Source: an uncultured Candidatus Saccharibacteria bacterium (GTDB taxonomy: Bacteria > Patescibacteriota > Minisyncoccia > Phycocordibacterales > PALSA-1337). From it: 64,000 nt of DNA. The notes below the pieces were generated by a model. It worked only from the letters and a program-made list of their open reading frames with translations, did not search any database and was not told the origin of the DNA. Position numbers and translations under genes: made by a program. The DNA is taken from the NCBI GenBank assembly GCA_964416985.1, contig CAYQFS010000003.1, positions 18,594 through 82,593 of the forward strand, given 5' to 3'. This document shows positions 19,561 through 27,695 of the stretch, one piece after another (position 1 is the first letter of the stretch; each line of letters begins with the position of its first letter).

Positions 19561-19635
19561 GCTCTCGTAGTTAAATGGATATAACTGCGGACTTCTAAGC
19601 CGTAATTCGTGGTTCGATTCCACGCGAGAGCACCA
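19561..19635 (+). tRNA. tRNA-Arg (anticodon UCU), CCA encoded
   Basis: gctctcg ta gtta aatggata taac t gcgga cuUCUaa gccgt aatt cgtgg ttcgatt ccacg cgagagc a cca. Confidence 0.8.
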
Positions 19636-19738
19636 AATGTGTGAATAACTTGTGGGTAACCTGTATATTATCTGTGCATAAGAATGATATACTGGTAGGG
19701 TACGTTTACAACAATTATTATTAAATAAGTAATTTATT

Positions 19739-20092
19739 ATGGCTAAATCATTAGCGTTGGTTATCGGTATTGTTTTCCTTCTCGTTGGAGCAGCGGGTCT
19801 TTTTCCAAACACTATCGTAGGAGAAAATGCATTGTTTGTGACAGATTTTACTCATAACCTTATCCACTTGGTTGTCGGTCTCATCTTCGTCCTTGTTGCT
19901 GAAAAGGCAACTGCAAAATCAAGCGCAACATTGAAAACTCTCGGTATTATCGTCATCATCGTTGCTGCTCTTGGGTTCTTCTACGGAACAAGCATCTTTG
20001 GATTTATTTCTACAAATGCTGCTTCAAACTGGTTCCACCTTGTGATCGGCCTCATCGCTCTCATCGCAGGATTTTCTGGAAAGAAGTCGTAA
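19739..20092 (+). CDS. Small 4-TM membrane protein (DUF4383-like)
   Basis: 117 aa, four hydrophobic helices. Weak family guess. Confidence 0.35.
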   Translation: MAKSLALVIGIVFLLVGAAGLFPNTIVGENALFVTDFTHNLIHLVVGLIFVLVAEKATAKSSATLKTLGIIVIIVAALGFFYGTSIFGFISTNAASNWFHLVIGLIALIAGFSGKKS

Positions 20093-20117
20093 TTAATCTT
20101 TACTCAAGTAAAACAAA

Positions 20118-20142
20118 AAAGTGCCTTGCTGGCGCTTTTTTG
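20118..20142 (+). terminator. Rho-independent terminator after the 19739 gene
   Basis: aagtgccttgctggcgctt hairpin followed by tttttg. Confidence 0.45.
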
Positions 20143-20161
20143 TTGATAAGATATTTTTCTG

Positions 20162-20234
20162 TGCGCCCTAAGAGACTTGAACTCCTGACCTTCCCCGTGT
20201 AAAGGGGCTGCTCTACCAACTGAGCTAAGGGCGC
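20162..20234 (-). tRNA. tRNA-Val (anticodon UAC)
   Basis: Reverse complement gcgccct ta gctc agttggta gagc a gcccc uuUACac gggga aggtc aggag ttcaagt ctctt agggcgc a. No CCA. Confidence 0.8.
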
Positions 20235-20258
20235 ATATGTATGCTAGACTAACGTAAA

Positions 20259-21032
20259 ATGGATAAATTATCAAGAAAAATAAGCAAAAATATTGAGATT
20301 CTCTACGAAGATCCTGATATTGTGGCGGTCAACAAGCCGGCTGGTCTTGTCGTGCACTCTGATGGAAGAACCGATGAACCCGCGCTCACCGACTGGGTTA
20401 TCGAACACTATCCAAGGACAAAGAATGTTGGTGAAGCTCTCACAGACAAAGAAGGGAATGCAATTCCTCGACCAGGAATTGTTCATCGTCTTGATCGGGG
20501 AACTTCCGGAGTGATTCTCGTTGCAAAAACAAAAAAGGGTCATACACATCTCAAAGAGCAATTTCAAAATAGAACTCTTTCAAAAAAATATATTGCATTT
20601 GTTCATGGTGATATGAAAGACACGTATGGAATTATCAATCGCCCCATCGGAAAAAGTCCGAGCGATTTCCGAAGATTTTCTGCAACTCGAGGGGCGAAGG
20701 GGGAGATGCGGGAAGCCGAGACGTGGTGGACGATGTTTGCCTTTAAGTCCGGTTTCTCACTTGTCGAAGCCGAGCCAAAGACAGGTAGGACGCACCAGAT
20801 TCGAGTGCACTTTAAAGCCATCAATCATCCTGTTGTTTCCGATCCTCTCTATGGTGCGGGGAAGCCTCAGGCACTCGGTTTTGCACGAACTGCCCTCCAT
20901 GCAGCATCTATCACCTTTATCAATTGTAAGGGTAAGGAGGTGACCGTCAAAGCTCCGCTCCCAAAAGACTTTCTCGACGCGTTTGAGGAGCTTGGCATTG
21001 CTGATATTGCTAAAAAGAAGGGCTTGTGTTAG
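20259..21032 (+). CDS. RluA-family pseudouridine synthase
   Basis: Catalytic motif [16 protein letters not shown], and downstream GRTHQIRVH; 257 aa. Confidence 0.85.
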   Translation: MDKLSRKISKNIEILYEDPDIVAVNKPAGLVVHSDGRTDEPALTDWVIEHYPRTKNVGEALTDKEGNAIPRPGIVHRLDRGTSGVILVAKTKKGHTHLKEQFQNRTLSKKYIAFVHGDMKDTYGIINRPIGKSPSDFRRFSATRGAKGEMREAETWWTMFAFKSGFSLVEAEPKTGRTHQIRVHFKAINHPVVSDPLYGAGKPQALGFARTALHAASITFINCKGKEVTVKAPLPKDFLDAFEELGIADIAKKKGLC

Positions 21033-21046
21033 ATTTATCCCCACGT

Positions 21047-21478
21047 ATGGCAACAAACAAGGGTATTATTTCAACAGTAGATACAGCTGATCGAAAGGCA
21101 ATGAGTCTTCGTTCTGGCGACAATGTCCGCGTATGGCAAAAGGTTAAGGAAAAGGACAAGACACGACTCCAGGCTTTTGAAGGTCTCGTCCTCTCTCGAA
21201 AGCACGGCACAGAAGCTGGTGCCACTTTTACTGTGCGAAAAGTAATGGATGGTGTTGGTGTTGAAAAGATTTTCCCTCTCTACTCTCCAATGATCGACAA
21301 GATCGAGGTTCTCCGACGATCAAAGGTTCGACGAGCAAAGCTCTACTTCGTTCGTGAGAAGGCCACAAAGGAAATTCGACGCCAGATGCGCCGAATGCTT
21401 GCTCTCGACCCTGGACAGAATACTGATACAAAGATTGCAGCTCCTGCAGAAGCGAAGAAAGAAGAAGTCGCGGCGTAA
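21047..21478 (+). CDS. rplS: 50S ribosomal protein L19 with lysine/alanine-rich C-terminal extension
   Basis: [31 protein letters not shown]...FTVRKV...[13 protein letters not shown] is the canonical bL19 core. Start at the ATG at 21047. Confidence 0.9.
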   Translation: MATNKGIISTVDTADRKAMSLRSGDNVRVWQKVKEKDKTRLQAFEGLVLSRKHGTEAGATFTVRKVMDGVGVEKIFPLYSPMIDKIEVLRRSKVRRAKLYFVREKATKEIRRQMRRMLALDPGQNTDTKIAAPAEAKKEEVAA

Positions 21479-21524
21479 TTTTGAGTTGAAAATAAAGGAT
21501 ATTTTAGGTATAGTTCCTTCTAAT

Positions 21525-21608
21525 GCGCAGATGGCGAAACTGGTAGACGCACTACCTTGAGGTGGTAGCGCCCTCACGGGCTTGGAGGTTCGAGTCCTCT
21601 TCTGCGCA
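21525..21608 (+). tRNA. tRNA-Leu (anticodon GAG), long variable arm
   Basis: gcgcaga tg gcg aaactggtag acgc a ctacc uuGAGgu ggtag cgccctcacgggcttg gaggt tcgagtc ctctt ctgcgc a. Confidence 0.8.
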
Positions 21609-21618
21609 CATTTTGAAG

Positions 21619-22695
21619 ATGAACATTAAAAAAGATCATCATGTTAGATTACTCCTTCTCTGTTGTTTTGTTTTTGTAGTGTTTGTTGGTATTGATTGGG
21701 CGATTGTTTTAATTAAATATAAGAGCGAGCCGAAGAATCCTCCTATTTTAGGTTATGTCCCTCAATTCGTTCTCCTCTCCTTTGATGGCTCAAAGGCTGT
21801 TTCGATGTGGAAGGAGACAAGAAGTTTTGAAAGGGAAATGAACAAGGACAAAAAGATTCTCAACTTCACCTATTTCATAAACGCCGCCTACTTCATTACC
21901 CCAGACAAAGCCAACCTCTACCAAGCACCAGGTCATCCTCGAGGTGAGAGTAATATTGGTTTTTCTGAAGATCTCGATAATCTCCGCGCTCGGATCGAGC
22001 AGGTGAATGTCGCTGTTGCTGACGGAGACGAAATTGCATCTCACACCGCCGGGCATTTTTGGGGAGGTACATGGTCAAAAGAGGACTGGCAAAAGGAGTT
22101 TGTTTCGTTTGATGATCTCCTCTTTGGTATAGCTCGTCATTATCCAGATACTACTCTACCAACCCTTCATCTCGACCCAAAAGATATCATTGGCTTCCGA
22201 GCGCCAGCTCTTTCGATAAATTCGTCACTTTATTCTGTTCTTGGCGAGCGTCATTTTCTCTATGATTCAAGTGAAATCTCTCAAGGTAAAAATGATATCT
22301 GGCCAACTAAGGACGAGAAGGGTATTTGGCATATTCCTCTTGGTATCGTTTTTCTCGATCGTGGTGCGAGTCCTGTCGTAGCTATGGATTACAGTATTCG
22401 TGAACATGTGCATTCTCTCAGCGCCACTGATTTTAGGAAGGGAACTCCCGAATGGAAAGCGACCTATGACGATGTCCTTGGTTCCTATCTCCGCTACTTT
22501 GAAAATAATTATAAAGGCACCCGTGCCCCGGTTCTCATTGGCCACCATTTTGAAGCATGGGACGACGATCTCTATTTTGAAGTCATGAAGGCGTTTGCGC
22601 GAGAAGTCTGCAGTAAGCCGGAGGTGCGATGCGGAACATTTCGAGATCTTGTCTTGTATATGAATGAATATGGGGTGCCGCTCGTCAAGAAGTAG
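21619..22695 (+). CDS. Polysaccharide deacetylase-family protein (NodB homology domain) with N-terminal TM anchor
   Basis: SFDGSK (Asp-Asp-type metal site variant), HT.GHFWG histidine motif, and overall CE4 layout. Start at the ATG at 21619, downstream of the tRNA. Confidence 0.6.
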   Translation: MNIKKDHHVRLLLLCCFVFVVFVGIDWAIVLIKYKSEPKNPPILGYVPQFVLLSFDGSKAVSMWKETRSFEREMNKDKKILNFTYFINAAYFITPDKANLYQAPGHPRGESNIGFSEDLDNLRARIEQVNVAVADGDEIASHTAGHFWGGTWSKEDWQKEFVSFDDLLFGIARHYPDTTLPTLHLDPKDIIGFRAPALSINSSLYSVLGERHFLYDSSEISQGKNDIWPTKDEKGIWHIPLGIVFLDRGASPVVAMDYSIREHVHSLSATDFRKGTPEWKATYDDVLGSYLRYFENNYKGTRAPVLIGHHFEAWDDDLYFEVMKAFAREVCSKPEVRCGTFRDLVLYMNEYGVPLVKK

Positions 22696-22738
22696 AAGTT
22701 GTGCTATAAATTGAAGGTTCTCGTGTGTGTTTGCATAT

Positions 22739-22810
22739 GGTGGCTATGGTGTAATGGTAACACTGGAGCTTGTGGAGCTCTCAACTCGGGTCCGATTCCC
22801 GATAGTCACC
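22739..22810 (+). tRNA. tRNA-His (anticodon GUG) with genomically encoded G-1
   Basis: g|gtggcta tg gtgt aatggta acac t ggagc uuGUGga gctcc tcaac tcggg tccgatt cccga tagtcac c. The extra 5' G pairs with the discriminator C. Confidence 0.8.
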
Positions 22811-22845
22811 CATTTAGAGATTTTCCTTAAATATGAAGCAGGTCA

Positions 22846-23178
22846 ATGACTTTTCGGTTCCAATTTGATATAATTTTCCTATATATGCAATTTAAAGGAG
22901 ATTTTAATATAAACAGAAAGACAATTCCTCGCCTTGTTGCCGTTTTTCTTTTCATAATTAGTTTAGCTGTTGCCAGAATAAATTTCGCTTATACTGGAAT
23001 AGGTATAGCACTATCAATAATTATTCTTGTATTCCAACAGCGTTTTTTAAATACAAAAGCGAGTGAGGAACCAGTAGTTGTCTATACGGGGCGTCAGAAA
23101 ATATTTGCTATTGTTGGTTTCTGTATTATAGCAGCACTTTTTGTATTTATGGGAGTTACGGCAGTAATGGAAAAATAG
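22846..23178 (+). CDS. Hypothetical small membrane protein (AT-rich)
   Basis: ORF with 3 hydrophobic helices. Composition is more AT-rich than the genome average. Confidence 0.3.
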   Translation: MTFRFQFDIIFLYMQFKGDFNINRKTIPRLVAVFLFIISLAVARINFAYTGIGIALSIIILVFQQRFLNTKASEEPVVVYTGRQKIFAIVGFCIIAALFVFMGVTAVMEK

Positions 23179-23393
23179 GGATATAAATTGTTGGATCGTC
23201 TAATTTTTCAAACACAGTTCTAACACCCTCTGCGACGGCACCCCACGTTTGACATATGAATTGAATTATGGTATTAATTACCTAGATCATTTTTGTTACA
23301 TCAGCAGCAGTCTGTTCGGAAAATTTCTAAATAGATTGTTGCTGATACGGTAACTTGGTAGGAAATCTACCGAAATCCTGATACGGGAGAAAA

Positions 23394-23783
23394 ATGAAAA
23401 AGATAACTCGGTTAAACTGCACATTAACAACACTCAAAGCAATCAATGTTTGCAATCAGATGGTTAAGTTGACTCTGGGTACTGACTTTGAATTGCATGA
23501 TGCTAAGTTTCGTTTTGAATCATTTAGCCCACAAGAGGGAGGCGGGATAATGATAAAAACTGAGGCCACACTAAGCATCCATAGTCTCAAACGCCCAGAG
23601 TTTGATTTAGGAGGAGCTCGTAAAATGGAAGTCTCATTTGCCTTCATTACGTGTTCATACGGATGGAGGATTGATCGAACTGTCCCTTTACTGGCTGTAA
23701 GTCTGGGAAAGGTGGCTCATTTTGATGTAAACAAGATCGATGAGTTGAATCTGTTGGAAGACAAGACCTTCGCACGCACGTAG
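23394..23783 (+). CDS. Hypothetical protein (AT-rich, orphan)
   Basis: ORF only; no motifs recognised. Confidence 0.25.
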   Translation: MKKITRLNCTLTTLKAINVCNQMVKLTLGTDFELHDAKFRFESFSPQEGGGIMIKTEATLSIHSLKRPEFDLGGARKMEVSFAFITCSYGWRIDRTVPLLAVSLGKVAHFDVNKIDELNLLEDKTFART

Positions 23784-23975
23784 TAATCGACGGCTCTTCC
23801 AAGGGTCTTCGATAGTTTTTTATTTTCAAACAACCGCAGAGTAACACCTGCGGTTTGTCTTTATACCAAACAAGTTCTAAATTTATCCACCACACGACCC
23901 CCATTTTGTTGTATACTTACCCCAGTAAGGCACGTAACCATTATCATCTAATTTAATTCAAAACAATGAATAACA

Positions 23976-24158
23976 ATGAATAATAATGAATCATCAAGCA
24001 TGGGAGTTGTCATTGGTATTTTGCTTGTAGTCGTCATCGCAATTGTGGCGTGGGTTGCATATACTCAGGGCTTTTTTAAGGTGAAAGAAGAGACAAAGGA
24101 CGACGCAAGCCTCCAAATAAATCTCGGAGGATCTTCAAGCGATACAGAGAAGAAATAA
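23976..24158 (+). CDS. Hypothetical small single-TM protein
   Basis: 60 aa; TM VVIGILLVVVIAIVAWVAY. Preceded by an aatgaata-type short repeat. Confidence 0.25.
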   Translation: MNNNESSSMGVVIGILLVVVIAIVAWVAYTQGFFKVKEETKDDASLQINLGGSSSDTEKK

Positions 24159-24206
24159 GCTTTAGTAGAAGGACATCGAGTATTATATTTAATCCCGAGT
24201 AAACAT

Positions 24207-24608
24207 ATGCGTGATCCAAATAATATTTTTCATTTAGCTATACCATGCGCAAATATTGATACCACTAAGGAATTTTACGTCGATAAGTTAGGTTGTAAAA
24301 TGGGCCGAAGGTATGACGATCGCATCACTCTTAATTTCTTCGGTGATCAGGTGGTTTGTCATCTACATCCAGATAAGGTAGACAAAGAACCCCAGATGTA
24401 TCCTCGTCATTTTGGAGTTACATTTAAAAATGAGGCTGAATACGATGCTCTTTTGAAGATGGCGACAGAGCAGAGACTGACATTCTATGAAAAACCATTC
24501 AACAGATTTCCAGGAAAAAAAGAAGAACATAAAACCTTTTTCCTGATAGATCCATCAAATAATCTTCTCGAGTTCAAGTACTATTTTTCCTCGGAAATGA
24601 TGTATTAG
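24207..24608 (+). CDS. VOC-family protein (glyoxalase/bleomycin-resistance/dioxygenase fold)
   Basis: FHLAIPCANIDTTKEFYVDKLGCK start is typical of VOC beta-alpha-beta-beta-beta modules; 133 aa. Confidence 0.55.
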   Translation: MRDPNNIFHLAIPCANIDTTKEFYVDKLGCKMGRRYDDRITLNFFGDQVVCHLHPDKVDKEPQMYPRHFGVTFKNEAEYDALLKMATEQRLTFYEKPFNRFPGKKEEHKTFFLIDPSNNLLEFKYYFSSEMMY

Positions 24609-24668
24609 CTTTTCTTTCACCCCTCGAGGTATACTTAACTAGTCAATAAAATTTGAAACTAGTTATTT

Positions 24669-25790
24669 ATGGACTTCATTATCTCATCTCGAAACGCGAT
24701 CATGGGTGGCCTCTACAAAGGCCTCCTCAAGCCTTTTTTCTTTGCCCGAGACCCTGAAGAAGTGCATGACAGAATGATAAGAGTGGGGGAGGGACTAGGA
24801 AAACATTATCTAGGTAGGTCGTTTGTTTCTCTTCTTTTTAAATATAGCAATCCGGTTCTTGAACAAAAAATTCTTGGCATGACATTTAAAAATCCCGTAG
24901 GACTTTCTGCAGGATTCGACAAGAACGCCGAGCTCACGGAGATCATACCTTCGGTGGGATTTGGATTTGCGGAAGTGGGATCGGTCACAGGGAATCCTTG
25001 TGAAGGCAATCCAAAGCCACGTCTATGGAGGCTCCCACATTCAAAAAGCCTCATGGTCCACTATGGGCTCAAGAATGATGGTTGTATCGTCGTTTCAAAA
25101 AGACTCGAATATAAAAATCATGAAATTCCGATCGGTATAAGCGTGGCAATGACAAACTGTGTTGAGAATGCCGAAGTCGGAGTTGCAATACAGGACGTCG
25201 AAAAAGCATTCAGGATAATGGAGCCACTCGCTCAGTACATTACGGTGAATATTAGCTGCCCAAACACTCATGGTGGCCAGCCCTTTATGCTTCCCGAAAA
25301 TTTGGAAAAACTTTTTGTAGTTCTCGATACCATTAAGACAACGAAACCTGTTTTCATAAAGCTTTCTCCTGATGTTTCATTTTCTCAGATAGATGGAATT
25401 CTCGATGTCGCTCGGAGACACCGTATTCAGGGAATTATTTGCACAAATTTGACCAAGAAAAGGGATAATCCAAAAATTGCAGACGAAAATATCCCGACTG
25501 TCGGAGGAATGAGCGGCAAGCTTGTCGAGGATCTTTCTGACAAGTTGCTTTCATATATTTATACAAAAGAAGGAAAAAGGTTTGTGCTTGTCGGAAGTGG
25601 TGGAGTTTTTTCGGCCGAAGATGCCTACAAAAAGATAAAAGCGGGGGCTTCGCTTGTTCAGATGATTACTGGGATGATATTTGAAGGGCCGCAAGTTGTG
25701 GGGAAAATAAACAGGGGATTGGTGAGTCTCCTCGAGCGTGATGGTTTCAAAAACATAAGTGAGGCAGTGGGAACTGGTATAATGAAGTAA
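24669..25790 (+). CDS. pyrD: Dihydroorotate dehydrogenase (quinone), class 2
   Basis: GLSAGFDKNAE, GFGFAEVGSVT, NISCPNT, GTGGMSG and IGSGGV motifs. Confidence 0.85.
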   Translation: MDFIISSRNAIMGGLYKGLLKPFFFARDPEEVHDRMIRVGEGLGKHYLGRSFVSLLFKYSNPVLEQKILGMTFKNPVGLSAGFDKNAELTEIIPSVGFGFAEVGSVTGNPCEGNPKPRLWRLPHSKSLMVHYGLKNDGCIVVSKRLEYKNHEIPIGISVAMTNCVENAEVGVAIQDVEKAFRIMEPLAQYITVNISCPNTHGGQPFMLPENLEKLFVVLDTIKTTKPVFIKLSPDVSFSQIDGILDVARRHRIQGIICTNLTKKRDNPKIADENIPTVGGMSGKLVEDLSDKLLSYIYTKEGKRFVLVGSGGVFSAEDAYKKIKAGASLVQMITGMIFEGPQVVGKINRGLVSLLERDGFKNISEAVGTGIMK

Positions 25791-26689
25791 TGAGAAAATC
25801 TTTTCTTGCGGCAATTTTCATTATTCTTGTTGTTTTTGTTTTTTCTTTGCATGAAATAAAGACTCGCTATGCAGTTGTCGAAGATGCAGGTCAAGTGGGC
25901 TCGGAGCCGATTTCCATATCTCCCTCAACCATTTACCCTGGTGATCCGATCATGATCACAGCAGGAGTTGGGAATCTTGTGCCTCGAAAAATAACGTTTG
26001 ATGGTAAAAAAGTCCCTCTCATTCTTTATGATACGAAAATACGAGGTTTTATTCCTATTGATTTTTATGAAAAAAATTCGAGCCACATAGTTGAAGTTAC
26101 TTTTTCAAATGGAACTCAGATGTCTAAAGCTATTGCTATTACTCATCGTCAAAAAATAGAGAAACCACTTGGAATTCCGGAAAAGCTTGGGGGGAATACC
26201 ACAGCTGCAGCACAAAGTATTGTGAGTAATCTTGAAAGAGAAAATGCAATTCTCAATAATATAAAAACAGCCCCCACTTCACTCTGGTCAGATGCATTCA
26301 GCTTTCCTCTCCCAACTATTTTTGTAACTGACGACTATGGCTATAATCGTACGACGGTGGGGGAGACGATCGTGCACAAAGGGACTGATTTTCGAGCAAG
26401 CGTGGGAACGCCAGTTGCCGCAATGAACAATGGTGTTGTCAGAATCTCGAGGATGTTTACTGTGTACGGGAATACGATTGTTGTGGATCATGGAAAAGGA
26501 ATTCAGACATTGTACATGCACCTTTCAAAAAGGAATGTCAAAGAAGGGGACATGGTCAAACGAGGAGAAATAATCGGACTAAGTGGCATGACAGGATATG
26601 CCGAGGGAGCCCATCTTCATGTAAGCATAAAGATCAATGGGATTTCCATTGATCCGATGACCTTTATGCATTTTTTTGTGTCACTGTGA
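25790..26689 (+). CDS. M23-family metallopeptidase (lysostaphin-like) with N-terminal TM anchor
   Basis: HxxxD zinc motif (VHKGTDF) and HxH (GAHLHVSI) within VVDHGKGIQTLYMHLS. Confidence 0.85.
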   Translation: MRKSFLAAIFIILVVFVFSLHEIKTRYAVVEDAGQVGSEPISISPSTIYPGDPIMITAGVGNLVPRKITFDGKKVPLILYDTKIRGFIPIDFYEKNSSHIVEVTFSNGTQMSKAIAITHRQKIEKPLGIPEKLGGNTTAAAQSIVSNLERENAILNNIKTAPTSLWSDAFSFPLPTIFVTDDYGYNRTTVGETIVHKGTDFRASVGTPVAAMNNGVVRISRMFTVYGNTIVVDHGKGIQTLYMHLSKRNVKEGDMVKRGEIIGLSGMTGYAEGAHLHVSIKINGISIDPMTFMHFFVSL

Positions 26690-26705
26690 TGACTACTAAT
26701 CTCGG

Positions 26706-27074
26706 TTAAGAAGCTGATTCGAGGAGTGTTAGCCATCCTCGACTGTTGAGGTACATCTGCAGCGCTTGACGGGTTTTTGTCCCATAGTAACCGATAGATG
26801 GATAGACTCCTGTTGCAAGCTGGAATCGACCAAGAGCAGCTTTGGTGAGTGGTCCAAAATATCCCAAAGGAACTCCTTGTGGTACCTGAAGGTATCCAAG
26901 TTCAGAGAGAAGTCCTTGTAGCTCTACAACATTGTATCCCGTCGAAGCAAGAGTCATGTCGGGACTTCCAAGAAGTGTAAACGGTGCTGCCTGTGCCGTG
27001 TTTGTATTGAACGCAAGGAATGAGACTCCAAGAAATACGGCAAGGCTCAAAACTAAATATTTTTTGTAGTTCAT
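26706..27074 (-). CDS. Secreted/anchored peptidoglycan-binding (PG_binding_1) domain protein; possible anti-sigma partner of the upstream ECF sigma factor
   Basis: Signal/TM (YLVLSLAVFLGVSFLAF) then VVELQGLLSELGYL...GYFGPLTKAALGRFQ, the PG_binding_1 signature. Start at the internal Met (MNYKKY). Confidence 0.5.
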   Translation of the reverse strand: MNYKKYLVLSLAVFLGVSFLAFNTNTAQAAPFTLLGSPDMTLASTGYNVVELQGLLSELGYLQVPQGVPLGYFGPLTKAALGRFQLATGVYPSIGYYGTKTRQALQMYLNSRGWLTLLESAS

Positions 27075-27152
27075 ATGCGTAAGGTTTAATTGGTAAACTG
27101 CGCCAGTGGGGAACTGCCCCACGTATTCTGTGACGTTTATCGAGCAGGTATA

Positions 27153-27665
27153 TTACAGCCCTTTGTCTCTGTAAAGTTTTTGTAACCGGGCCATTCCACG
27201 ATGGATATGGACAGCTATGACATTTTTCTTTTCGTGGGTTATTTTTGAAATTTCGCTAAGTGAAAGTCCTTTGAAGAATTTCATCACAAGTGTTGTACGG
27301 TACGGCTCTGGAACTTGTTTCAAAAGTTTCTGTGCTTCATGGGCGTCAATAGTATGTATCATCTCTTCGGTATCATTGAATCCAGGGTCAAATCCTTTTT
27401 CGTGAAGATCTTCGAGAGAATCGAGAGGCTTTCGTTTTCGGTATTCATCGATGACAAGGTTTGAAGTTATTTTGTAAAGAAGGGCACGCATGTTCTTGAC
27501 TGGTTTTACAGCCATGTACTGCCATGCCTTTATAAATGCTTCCTGGAGAATATCTGTCGAGAGCTCACGGTCATTGAGCTTGAAAAAGCTGAAGCGGAAG
27601 AGGGAATCAGCATATTTTTTGTATGCTTCATTGAATTTTTTGTGCCTCGAAGTTTCTTTTTCCAT
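27153..27665 (-). CDS. ECF-type (group 4) sigma-70 family RNA polymerase sigma factor
   Basis: Region 2 (ILQEAFIKAWQY...LYKITSNLVIDEYRKRK) and region 4 HTH (LSLSEISKITHEKKNVIAVHIHRGMARLQKL). Start placed at MEKETS. Confidence 0.75.
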   Translation of the reverse strand: MEKETSRHKKFNEAYKKYADSLFRFSFFKLNDRELSTDILQEAFIKAWQYMAVKPVKNMRALLYKITSNLVIDEYRKRKPLDSLEDLHEKGFDPGFNDTEEMIHTIDAHEAQKLLKQVPEPYRTTLVMKFFKGLSLSEISKITHEKKNVIAVHIHRGMARLQKLYRDKGL

Positions 27666-27695
27666 AGGCATCACTACCATGCTATCATATATCAT

